DNA from: Acidimicrobiia bacterium
GTDB lineage: Bacteria > Actinomycetota > Acidimicrobiia > Actinomarinales > Actinomarinaceae
Direction of reading: 5' to 3'
Length of the DNA stretch: 64,000 nt
Assembly: GCA_028376655.1 (NCBI GenBank)
Contig: JAONAZ010000004.1
Span: forward strand, 1,201-65,200
The position numbers and the translations under genes are program-made. Below the pieces are notes generated by a model that saw only the letters and a list, made by a program, of their open reading frames with translations, did not search any database and was not told the origin of the DNA. This document shows positions 39,018 through 46,921 of this stretch, piece after piece. The number at the start of each line of letters is the position of its first letter. Position 1 is the first letter of the stretch.

Positions 39018-39581
39018 TTAATTAATTTTGTACCCTTTTTTATCGATAAAATTTTCTGGTTCAAGGCCTAACCCATCTGCTACTCGATTTATATAATTAA
39101 AATATGATACTATTTGGACTATTTCTGAGATTTCCTTATCGGTTAAATCATAATTAGAAAGTGTATCAATATCTAATTGAGAAATTGTGCTTGGCTGTAA
39201 TGTTAGTTTTTCTGCAAACAAACACATAGCTGTCTGCACCTTACTAATAGAACTATTTTTCCAATTATCCGCTATTTCATCTATGAGTTTTTGGTTTTGA
39301 GTCTCCGACCGGAGGTCATATAAGTGAGATCGTACTCAATATTCGCATTCATTTGCTACTGAAGTTACAACAGCTAATAGTTCTCTATCAAATCTAGTTA
39401 TCTTAGAATTTCCATACATTGTAGAGCTGTAAAGTCGCATAGAGTCTTGTAATATTTCGGGTGTTTGAGACTGTATAGTTAATACCTTCCAGAGACGACC
39501 AGCTCGTCTGATACCTTTTTCGTATTCTTTTTTTAATAAGCCGGTGGAGTCTTCAAAATTAAAAATATTAATAAACGTCAT
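39018..39581 (-). CDS. Carboxymuconolactone decarboxylase/AhpD-like peroxidase-related protein with in-frame UGA at the CxxC position (candidate selenoprotein; alternatively a pseudogene)
   Basis: Tracked ORFs 39336..39617 and 39018..39239 are in the same frame. The only stop between them is TGA at 39338-39336. The joined product reads ...AVVTSVANECEY[TGA]VRSHLYDLRSETQNQKLIDEIADNWKNSSISKVQTAMCLFAEKLT...SYFNYINRVADGLG. This matches the family pattern A-N-x-C-x-Y-C-x-x-x-H, with the TGA replacing the second Cys. The likely start is Met at 39581 (MTFINIF), which avoids overlap with the divergent gene. Confidence 0.6.
39299..39317 (-). promoter_or_regulatory. Candidate bacterial SECIS-like hairpin downstream of the in-frame UGA
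   Basis: The RNA (minus strand) reads GA-C-CUCC-GGUC-GGAG-AC-UC. It has a 4-bp G/C-rich stem, a GGUC tetraloop, and 2 further base pairs beyond a small internal loop. The first loop G lies 26 nt after the UGA. It is conspicuously GC-rich in an AT-rich gene. Confidence 0.45.
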
Positions 39582-39611
39582 ATTTAGTATTTTTGCTTTA
39601 AAATTTAGATT

Positions 39612-40052
39612 ATGCAACTACCTATAGAATTAAAAAAAGCAATAGATGGAAATGCATTCTGTGCAATGGCTACGCATCTGAATACAGAAGAAATTCAAAA
39701 CCATCTTATGTGGATTGATTATCTTGGTGAAAACCTTATTATCAATACCGAAAAAGGTAGACAGAAAACTTATAATATTAGGACTGATAATAACATTTCA
39801 CTTGTTATTTTTGAACCTGAAGCAATGTATTCTAGCTGGGAAATAAGGGGCGAGGTTGAAGAGGTAATTGACGACGATACAGCAAATCACCATATTGATA
39901 AATTATCTAATAGGTATACAGGTCATCCTTACAATAGACAACACAATCAAAGTTGGAAAGAATCTCAAATTAAAGATCGGGAAATGTGGCTAATTAAAAC
40001 TAATAAGTTAATTTCTATGGTTAGACCTCAAGCTAAATCTGAGCCTGAATAA
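39612..40052 (+). CDS. Pyridoxamine 5'-phosphate oxidase-fold protein (possibly F420-dependent)
   Basis: 146 aa with a split-barrel-like pattern (NAFCAMATHL...HLMWIDYLGENLIINTEKGRQKTYNIR...ISLVIFEP). The assignment is tentative. Confidence 0.55.
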   Translation: MQLPIELKKAIDGNAFCAMATHLNTEEIQNHLMWIDYLGENLIINTEKGRQKTYNIRTDNNISLVIFEPEAMYSSWEIRGEVEEVIDDDTANHHIDKLSNRYTGHPYNRQHNQSWKESQIKDREMWLIKTNKLISMVRPQAKSEPE

Positions 40053-40675
40053 AACTTAAGATAAGGATTTTCTTCAAAAAGTAGTTTATTTTCTTCTGAG
40101 AGTTTTGAAACAATTAATTCTTCAGCCTCAAACGTGAGATTACCGCCTCGTGACTCAAGATGTTCATTTTTAAGGAAGATTTTATTTGGTATTTTTTTAA
40201 GAAACCTTTTAAAATTTTGCTCTGAAATTCTTAGCTCCTTAGCCATAGAAAGTTCAACTTTTACTGATTCTGGAAGAACATTACAAGCATATACATATAA
40301 AGAAGCAAACATAATCCAATCAAAATCAGTTAATTTTCTTCCCTTTTCAAAATTAGTAAAGTCATGTTTCATAAAAAAATTGTAAGGGTTATGTCCGATA
40401 CCTGTTTTATCGCTGAGTATTTTAAAAAGATATCTATCTAGAAGCTTGATATCTAATGTAGAAGTAGATCTTTCTAAACCTTTTTTAGTTAAAGAAAAAT
40501 TATCTTGTTTTACTTCAATATTTAAATTATTAATAATAATTTTTCCAAAATAGTTTTCAATTTCTAAAGACAGAATAATATTTTTAGGTATAAAAATTAG
40601 TCCTTCGTTGTCGTCACTATTTAACTCAATATTTAACTTTGAAGTTAATGCAAATTCATTTCCGTGTATTTTCAT
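40028..40675 (-). CDS. Hypothetical protein (orphan)
   Basis: 215-aa ORF with no motif I recognise. The C-terminal third has an HTH-like stretch (LSMAKELRISEQNFKRFLKKI). Overlaps the convergent neighbour by 25 nt. Confidence 0.5.
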   Translation of the reverse strand: MKIHGNEFALTSKLNIELNSDDNEGLIFIPKNIILSLEIENYFGKIIINNLNIEVKQDNFSLTKKGLERSTSTLDIKLLDRYLFKILSDKTGIGHNPYNFFMKHDFTNFEKGRKLTDFDWIMFASLYVYACNVLPESVKVELSMAKELRISEQNFKRFLKKIPNKIFLKNEHLESRGGNLTFEAEELIVSKLSEENKLLFEENPYLKFYSGSDLA

Positions 40676-40683
40676 AAATTACC

Positions 40684-40712
40684 TTGGTTAAGTTTAACTT
40701 TATAACCATAAT
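40684..40712 (+). promoter_or_regulatory. Putative sigma-70-type promoter for ssrA (TTGGTT-17 nt-CATAAT)
   Basis: Hexamers at 40684-40689 and 40707-40712 are separated by 17 nt. The -10 element ends 8 nt before the mature tmRNA 5' end. This is the only non-coding DNA available upstream. Confidence 0.35.
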
Positions 40713-40720
40713 AGTTGTAA

Positions 40721-41060
40721 GGGGGTGAACTGGCTTCGACTTTGAAGTGAGTCTCTCAGTAGCGAGCCGAGGGTCCTAGGGCCTCGTTAAAAACGTAGGA
40801 AAACAATATAATTGCCAAACCTAAATTGGCTATAGCCGCTTAATGCGACTCGTCGACCATCGGGGCTCCCACCTCGGGTGGTATCGGCGTCGAAATGTGG
40901 GATGCTAAGTTAAGCTACCGATTAACTTTTAAGATTAAGGTAGAAAACTTTTGAGAATATGTCTCTGGTGTCTTTCTCAAAAGTATTAACACCAGATGCG
41001 CTCGGAGAAACTGTTAGGTAGCTTAAAAGGACCGGGGTTCGACTCCCCGCACCTCCACCA
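40721..41060 (+). ncRNA. ssrA: tmRNA (SsrA)
   Basis: The 5' end GGGGGUGAACUGGCUUCGAC pairs with the 3' end CACCUCC-ACCA and includes the G3:U alanine identity pair. The T-arm is GGGGUUCGACUCCCC and CCA is encoded. The tag ORF ends ...GCC AAA CCU AAA UUG GCU AUA GCC GCU UAA (40841-43), giving (ENNII)AKPKLAIAA. The resume codon is uncertain: GAA 40799 directly after an in-frame UAG, or GCC 40814. Confidence 0.93.
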
Positions 41061-41062
41061 AA

Positions 41063-42250
41063 GTGAAGAGTAGTAAAAAATTTGACTATATTGTTATCGG
41101 TGCTGGCATCGTAGGTCTTTCTACTGCCCTAAAACTTCAAGAAGCTAATAAAAAAGTACTTATTCTTGAAAAAGAAAAATCTCCAGGATTGCATCAATCT
41201 GGTAGGAATTCAGGAGTTTTGCATTCGGGAATTTACTATAAACCTAATTCCTTCAAGTCAAACCTCTGTATTAGAGGGAGAGAGCTCATGCTGGAATTTT
41301 TAAGGACTAATGAGATTCCATACAGACTTGAAGGAAAGATTGTAGTTGATCAAGACGTGGATAAGATACTGTCTCTTTTTGAAAGATCTAAATCTTTAGA
41401 GATGAATGGTGTAAAGATTCTTGAAAAACATCAGCTTCTAGAGAAAGAGCCTAATTCCAAGATTTCACAGGGATTATTCGTACCTCAAGCAGGTGTAGTA
41501 AATTATAAGATTGTCACAAATACAATGTCAGAGATATTTAAAAAAAATGGTGGAGATATTGAATATTTTCAAGAGATTGTAAATATAAGTGACAATGCTG
41601 ACACAAAAACAGTAGAGAGTAAAAAAGATATTTTTAGTGGCGATTTCCTTATTAATTGTGCAGGATTATTTTCTGATAAAGTTGCCAAATTAGATGGCCT
41701 CTTTCCAAAAGTAAAAATTATTCCATTTAGGGGGGAATATTACGAACTTATAACTGAAAAAAGTCACCTACTCAATAATATGATTTATCCCATTGCTGAT
41801 CCAGATTTACCATTTTTGGGGATACACCTTACAAAAACTGTTGATGGAAAAATTGAAGCTGGGCCAAATGCAGTCTTGGCTTTTGCAAGAGAGGGGTACT
41901 CTTGGTCTAAAATTAACGTATCCCAAACACTTGAAACGATTACTTACAAGGGAATGATAAAACTTGGTAGAAAATATATTAAAACAGGCTTAGATGAGAT
42001 GTATAGATCTCTAAATAAGTCTGCATTTGTTCAAGAAGTCAATAAATTGATTCCAGGAGTAACTTCAAGCGATTTAATAAAACGACCAGCAGGAGTTAGG
42101 GCACAAGCTGTTTCAGAAAATGGAGATTTAGTAGATGATTTTTTATTCGAAGAAGGAAATAGATCACTCCATGTTCTAAATGCACCAAGTCCAGCTGCTA
42201 CAGCCTCATTAGCTATTGGAGAATACATAGCCTCTAAAGTTTTGAATTAA
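41063..42250 (+). CDS. lhgO: FAD-dependent L-2-hydroxyglutarate oxidase/dehydrogenase
   Basis: FDYIVIGAGIVGLSTALKL dinucleotide fold and GRNSGVLHSGIYYKPNSFKSNLC, closely patterned on LhgO/YgaF. The GTG start lies 2 nt after the tmRNA CCA end. Confidence 0.8.
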   Translation: MKSSKKFDYIVIGAGIVGLSTALKLQEANKKVLILEKEKSPGLHQSGRNSGVLHSGIYYKPNSFKSNLCIRGRELMLEFLRTNEIPYRLEGKIVVDQDVDKILSLFERSKSLEMNGVKILEKHQLLEKEPNSKISQGLFVPQAGVVNYKIVTNTMSEIFKKNGGDIEYFQEIVNISDNADTKTVESKKDIFSGDFLINCAGLFSDKVAKLDGLFPKVKIIPFRGEYYELITEKSHLLNNMIYPIADPDLPFLGIHLTKTVDGKIEAGPNAVLAFAREGYSWSKINVSQTLETITYKGMIKLGRKYIKTGLDEMYRSLNKSAFVQEVNKLIPGVTSSDLIKRPAGVRAQAVSENGDLVDDFLFEEGNRSLHVLNAPSPAATASLAIGEYIASKVLN

Positions 42251-44006
42251 TTTTATTACCAGTTTGTACGGCCCAAAGGTTTGCATAAACCCTGTTCAAT
42301 TGAACCAATTCGTCGTGGCTTCCGCTTTCAACAATCTCACCCTTTTCTAATACATAGATTATGTCGGCATTTCTTATCGTTGACAGTCTATGTGCAATAG
42401 CTATAACAGTCCTACCTTCTTTTAGAGTATCTAAAGACCTTTGAATTGCTGCTTCCGTCTCATTATCTACAGCAGAAGTGGCTTCATCTAGAATTAATAT
42501 TTTTGGGTTTTTCAATATAGCCCTAGCGATAGAAATCCGCTGTCTTTGGCCGCCTGAAAGTTTTTGTCCACGTTCACCAACAACGGTATCTTTTTTATCG
42601 GGCAGGAGATTTATAAAATCATCTGATTCTGAAAGTTTTGCAGCATTCCAGATTTCACCGTCACTAGCTTCAAGGTTTCCATAAGCAATATTGTCAAAAA
42701 CTGTACCTTCAAACAAGAATATATCTTGACTAACTAATCCAATATGCTTTCTTAAACTATGAACGTCTAAATCTTTTATATTTATTTCATCAATGAGAAT
42801 TTCTCCAGAATTTACATCGTAGAGTCTTAACAGAAGTTTTATTAACGTTGATTTCCCAGAACCAGTGCTACCAACAATTGCTGTCGTAGAACCCTTTTGT
42901 ATTTCTAGAGAAACATTATTTAAAACTGGGAAATTTTCTACATATGAGAAGTTTATCTCTTTAAGAGTTATTGATTTATTAATGCCATTACTTTTCATAG
43001 ATCCATTTTTAATGTCAGGTTGGGTATTTTTTAATGTATTAATCCTTTTAAAAGAAGCCATGGCGCGTTGGTATAAATCAAAAGTATCTCCTAGTTCAGT
43101 TAATGGCCAAAGTAATCTTTGGGTAATGAATAATAATACTGAATACATTGCAACATTAATTTCACCATCTAGAGCCATAAACCCACCTATTAGTAATGTT
43201 GCTGTAAATCCAAATAATATAGCTATACGTATTATTGGTATAAAAGCAGCAGAGAGTTTTATTGCATGGTAGTTGGCACTTTTGACCTCTTCTGATGAGG
43301 AGACTATACGATCAAATTCTTTTCTTTCTCTATTAAAACTTTTTACAGTAAGTATGCCTGATAGGGAGTTTGATAAGTTTGCATTGAGAGTTTCTATGGC
43401 ATTCCTTATACGGGTATATCGAGTAGCAATAGTTTTAGTGAATTTAAAAGATCCAAAGATAATTACTGGTATAGGGATGAATGCGAAGATGGCAATTAGG
43501 GGTGAAATATAAAGAAATGTACCTCCAATGACGAATACAGTTGTCATAGTTTGTAAAAGCTTATTTGCCCCAGTATCAAGAAATTTTTCTAATTGATTTA
43601 CATCATCGTTTAGTATGGCCATTAATCTTCCAGATGATTTATTTTCAAAATATTGTAGGTCTAGACCGAGTACATTTTTAAAAGTATCTGTTCTTAAGCT
43701 ATGTTCTACATCTTGAGAAATATTTCTCCATGTAACAGCTGCAACATAGTCAAAACTTGATTCAAGCGCCCATATTATAAAAGTCAATAATGCAAGCACC
43801 ATAAGTTGTTGTCTTCTGTTTTCAATACCTAAATTTCCTAAGAAAGAATCAGCACCTTCAACAACGATGTCTATTGCTACTCCAATCAAAACAGGTGGAG
43901 CCAAATCAAAAAGTTTATTTAGTATGGAGTAAAGAATACCTCTTCTTACTTTTGTTTCCTGATCTTTGGAATATAAATATAGATTTTTTAAACTATTTTG
44001 TCTCAT
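42234..44006 (-). CDS. ABC exporter, fused permease-ATPase (MsbA/MdlB-like)
   Basis: Six N-terminal TM segments. Walker A GSTGSGKST, signature LSGGQRQR and Walker B ILILDEATS. Confidence 0.9.
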   Translation of the reverse strand: MRQNSLKNLYLYSKDQETKVRRGILYSILNKLFDLAPPVLIGVAIDIVVEGADSFLGNLGIENRRQQLMVLALLTFIIWALESSFDYVAAVTWRNISQDVEHSLRTDTFKNVLGLDLQYFENKSSGRLMAILNDDVNQLEKFLDTGANKLLQTMTTVFVIGGTFLYISPLIAIFAFIPIPVIIFGSFKFTKTIATRYTRIRNAIETLNANLSNSLSGILTVKSFNRERKEFDRIVSSSEEVKSANYHAIKLSAAFIPIIRIAILFGFTATLLIGGFMALDGEINVAMYSVLLFITQRLLWPLTELGDTFDLYQRAMASFKRINTLKNTQPDIKNGSMKSNGINKSITLKEINFSYVENFPVLNNVSLEIQKGSTTAIVGSTGSGKSTLIKLLLRLYDVNSGEILIDEINIKDLDVHSLRKHIGLVSQDIFLFEGTVFDNIAYGNLEASDGEIWNAAKLSESDDFINLLPDKKDTVVGERGQKLSGGQRQRISIARAILKNPKILILDEATSAVDNETEAAIQRSLDTLKEGRTVIAIAHRLSTIRNADIIYVLEKGEIVESGSHDELVQLNRVYANLWAVQTGNKINSKL

Positions 44007-44019
44007 GAGTAAATTTTAC

Positions 44020-44421
44020 TTACTTTTTTAGATTATTTATTCCATCCCTTATTTCCTTTAACAAAACTACTTCTTTAGATTCTGAGGTTACTGTTTCACT
44101 TTCTTCATCATCAACCATATCCTCAAAGTGGTTGTAGGCCTTAATAACAAGAAACATTACAAATGCAATAATCGTATAATTTATAATCTCTCCAAGAAAT
44201 GCACCCAAACTACCAGCTCTAAGGCCCGAAGTTGGATCAACATCACCAAATAAACCTAATTTATCCAAGTTTGGTAAATTTATCAATAGTCCTATGAGGG
44301 GTTCTACTAAACGTTTAGTGAAAACATCAACTAGAGATTTGAATGAAGCACCCATTACAAATGCAACTCCCAGCTCAACAACATTTCCTCTGTTAATAAA
44401 GTTTCTAAATTCTTTTGTCAT
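44020..44421 (-). CDS. mscL: Large-conductance mechanosensitive channel
   Basis: 133 aa. The FRNFINRGNVVELGVAFVMGASF N-terminus is typical of MscL. Two TM helices. Confidence 0.92.
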   Translation of the reverse strand: MTKEFRNFINRGNVVELGVAFVMGASFKSLVDVFTKRLVEPLIGLLINLPNLDKLGLFGDVDPTSGLRAGSLGAFLGEIINYTIIAFVMFLVIKAYNHFEDMVDDEESETVTSESKEVVLLKEIRDGINNLKK

Positions 44422-44450
44422 ATCTACTCCTTAATTTATCTCTCTCAATA

Positions 44451-44474
44451 TATAAGAATAGTTGTATTCTTATA
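44451..44474. repeat. Perfect 10-bp inverted repeat with 4-nt spacer (TATAAGAATA gttg TATTCTTATA), function unknown
   Basis: Read directly. It lies in the 57-bp divergent region between the mscL start (44421) and the lipoprotein gene start (44479). Confidence 0.6.
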
Positions 44475-44478
44475 GGCT

Positions 44479-45846
44479 ATGAAGAAAAAAATGGCATCTT
44501 TACTTATATTTATACTTTTCACATCTTGTACATCTGAAGAAGCTATTCCTACAGCTGAAGAAAATATAGACGTAACATCTACCATTACTTCAACAAGTAC
44601 TTCAACATCCACAACGCTTCTAGAAGAATCTGTATTCGCTGTTGATGAGTACGGAATTGAGTTAATTGAAATGAAGCCGCAAATGAAAGAACAGTTCGAT
44701 GCATTAATTGCTTTTGTCGAAAAACGAACAGGATTAACTTATACAGAATATCCAAAGTATGAACTTTATACCAAGAATGGGTATCAAGAATATAATGAAC
44801 TATCTTATTTGGATAATTTTGAAGAAGATTATGAAGAAGGAGAATGGGAGAGGGCAGTATTATCAGAAAATATGTGGGGATTAACTACTGTTTCACCAGA
44901 GGGAATGAAAAATCTTCTTGTAGAATATCAAAGATGTGCTTCTTCTGGTTCATATAATCTTGTCGATAAAGTTTTAAGAGTGCCGGTTAAAAAGAATCAA
45001 CAAAAGTTTAATTTATGGGAACAGAGTGTTCTTGTACACGAATTAACTCACACATTACAAGGACAGGTAATTGACCTTGCTGGTTGGTATGAAGATATGA
45101 AAGAGAGAGATGACTTTTCACCATATGCTGGTAGGAGGTCAATCATGGAAGCTCAGGCAGATTTAGTTCAAGCACGATGGGAATCAAATCTTGATCAATA
45201 CGACAGGACTGAAATGAATTCTCAGCAACCAAATTTTACTTGTAGAGTTGAGCTACCTTCATATTTTTATATTCCCAATGAATTGTATTATTCTTTTGGA
45301 CCTCAACTAGTGAAGCAGATTAACACATTAGGCGGTATGGAAGCTATCAATGCAGCACTTTACGAATTACCAACAGCTGAACAAGTGTACGCACCAGAGA
45401 AATATTTTGCAGGAGAACTCTATCAAGATATTCAGATTGAGAACCTTGTAATTGGAGATTATGAACTCATTAAAGAGGGAACTATTGGAGCATTAGATAT
45501 TCCTTATATTCTTCAAGATACAATTGGTAGAGTTGCTTCCGTCCAAGCTGCAATTGGTATTGGTGGAGGAGCATGGAAAGATTATGTTGATTCTTCTCAG
45601 AGACTTATGATGTCTGTGAAAATGAGTGGTGACACACCAACAGATTTGAATGAAATTTTTTCTGCTTACTCTACATGGGCTAATGTTCAAAATAGATTTA
45701 CAGATAAGCAGTCGTTTGCAGGAGGCACCCTATATATAGGTGATACTAATGTGTGGATATCAACTGATGGTGACTATGTACGAATAGTACTAACTCAGGA
45801 ATTAGAAGTTTTTAATGAAATTTTCTCACAAATAAATAGTTTCTAA
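44479..45846 (+). CDS. Lipoprotein with HExxH motif (putative zinc metallopeptidase)
   Basis: Signal peptide with lipobox-like LFTSC, a Thr/Ser linker (TSTITSTSTSTSTT), and a VLVHELTHTLQG motif. Confidence 0.6.
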   Translation: MKKKMASLLIFILFTSCTSEEAIPTAEENIDVTSTITSTSTSTSTTLLEESVFAVDEYGIELIEMKPQMKEQFDALIAFVEKRTGLTYTEYPKYELYTKNGYQEYNELSYLDNFEEDYEEGEWERAVLSENMWGLTTVSPEGMKNLLVEYQRCASSGSYNLVDKVLRVPVKKNQQKFNLWEQSVLVHELTHTLQGQVIDLAGWYEDMKERDDFSPYAGRRSIMEAQADLVQARWESNLDQYDRTEMNSQQPNFTCRVELPSYFYIPNELYYSFGPQLVKQINTLGGMEAINAALYELPTAEQVYAPEKYFAGELYQDIQIENLVIGDYELIKEGTIGALDIPYILQDTIGRVASVQAAIGIGGGAWKDYVDSSQRLMMSVKMSGDTPTDLNEIFSAYSTWANVQNRFTDKQSFAGGTLYIGDTNVWISTDGDYVRIVLTQELEVFNEIFSQINSF

Positions 45847-45849
45847 ATT

Positions 45850-46665
45850 TTGGGTACTCTTTATATTTGTGCAACACCTATCGGCAATCTCTCTGATGTC
45901 TCAATAAGACTACAAGAAACTCTTCAGAATGTTGATTGCATCTACGGTGAAGACACACGTAGAGTTATAAAACTTCTAAATCATCTTGATATAAAAAAAC
46001 CTGTCCATTCTTATTTTCTAGGCAATGAGCATAATAAGATTCAGGAAATTGAGAGTTTGTTGGCAGAGGGTAAAAATATTGCATTATTATCTGATGCCGG
46101 AACCCCCCTAATTTCTGATCCTGGTTCTGAATTGATAGCGGCACTGGTGAGTAAAAATGTAAAGATCGAGTCTATTCCAGGCCCCTCAAGCGTTATCGTT
46201 GCATTAACCTTGTCAGGATTTGATTTAAGTAGTTTTCGTTTTATAGGATTTATACCTAAATCAGGAAAAGACCGAATCGTATTTATTTCTGATATAGCCA
46301 ACTCAAAACATACAACAGTATGCTTCACTTCACCAAAAAGACTTATTAAAGACTTAGAAAGTTTTAAAGAACAAAAAATTACTAAACAGATTTTAATCTG
46401 TCGAGAGTTAACTAAAAAGTTTGAAACTCTCTACAGAGGTACACCAGATGAACTTTTAAAACAATTCCCCGATAAGAGTATAAAGGGTGAGATTACCCTT
46501 GTAATAGAAGGTCAAGAAAACACCCCACGTCTAGATATAGACGTGGAAACTGTTGTCCACAACTTAATGAAATTTGATATACCAAAACGAGAAATTGCCA
46601 AAACTATATCTTCCCTAACAGATATATCTACAAATGAAATTTACGAACAGATTAAAGACTTTTAA
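45850..46665 (+). CDS. rsmI: 16S rRNA (cytidine1402-2'-O)-methyltransferase
   Basis: LYICATPIGNLSDVSIRLQETL...EDTRR and SDAGTPLISDPG motifs. TTG start. Confidence 0.9.
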   Translation: MGTLYICATPIGNLSDVSIRLQETLQNVDCIYGEDTRRVIKLLNHLDIKKPVHSYFLGNEHNKIQEIESLLAEGKNIALLSDAGTPLISDPGSELIAALVSKNVKIESIPGPSSVIVALTLSGFDLSSFRFIGFIPKSGKDRIVFISDIANSKHTTVCFTSPKRLIKDLESFKEQKITKQILICRELTKKFETLYRGTPDELLKQFPDKSIKGEITLVIEGQENTPRLDIDVETVVHNLMKFDIPKREIAKTISSLTDISTNEIYEQIKDF

Positions 46666-46891
46666 TATCTGAGATACAGCTATCACATAAAAGCTTATCT
46701 CTGACCTGCGTACTAACAGTCTTTGAGTTGCAAATAGAACAATTTTTATAACCTTTGGATATCAAAAGCGTATTATTTTCTACAGTCATGGAAATTTCAT
46801 CATTATGATTTATCCCTAAGGCATTTCGTATTGATTTTGGGATGACAACTCTACCTAAGCTATCAATCTTTCCTTTATTCCCTTTACCCAT
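46652..46891 (-). CDS. AbrB/SpoVT-type DNA-binding domain fused to a CxxC...CxxC zinc-ribbon tail
   Basis: The N-terminal IDSLGRVVIPKSIRNALG is the swapped-hairpin AbrB/MazE motif. The C-terminus is CSICNSKTVSTQVRDKLLCDSC. Size is 79 aa. Confidence 0.65.
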   Translation of the reverse strand: MGKGNKGKIDSLGRVVIPKSIRNALGINHNDEISMTVENNTLLISKGYKNCSICNSKTVSTQVRDKLLCDSCISDIKSL

Positions 46892-46921
46892 ATATATTTA
46901 TGCTCCTATTCTTATATAGTA

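Noticed and set aside
39240-39335. The gap between the two CMD-family ORFs could be a genuine intergenic region or evidence of a dead gene.
   Set aside because: The gap translates in frame into family-consistent sequence (VRSHLYDLRSETQNQKLIDEIADNWKNSSISK). It has a single TGA exactly at the CxxC second Cys, so Sec recoding is the better hypothesis. A pseudogene cannot be excluded without the rest of the genome.
40676-41062. A genomic island, prophage or integrase at the tmRNA gene, and likewise at tRNA-Gln (49332..49403).
   Set aside because: No integrase or recombinase ORF, and no duplicated 3' tRNA/tmRNA segment (att-like direct repeat), was seen in the flanks. Both RNA genes are flanked immediately by housekeeping genes.
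46652-46891. A toxin-antitoxin module based on the AbrB/MazE-like fold.
   Set aside because: There is no partner toxin ORF on either side, and the neighbours are rsmI and tatD. It is kept only as an orphan regulator candidate.
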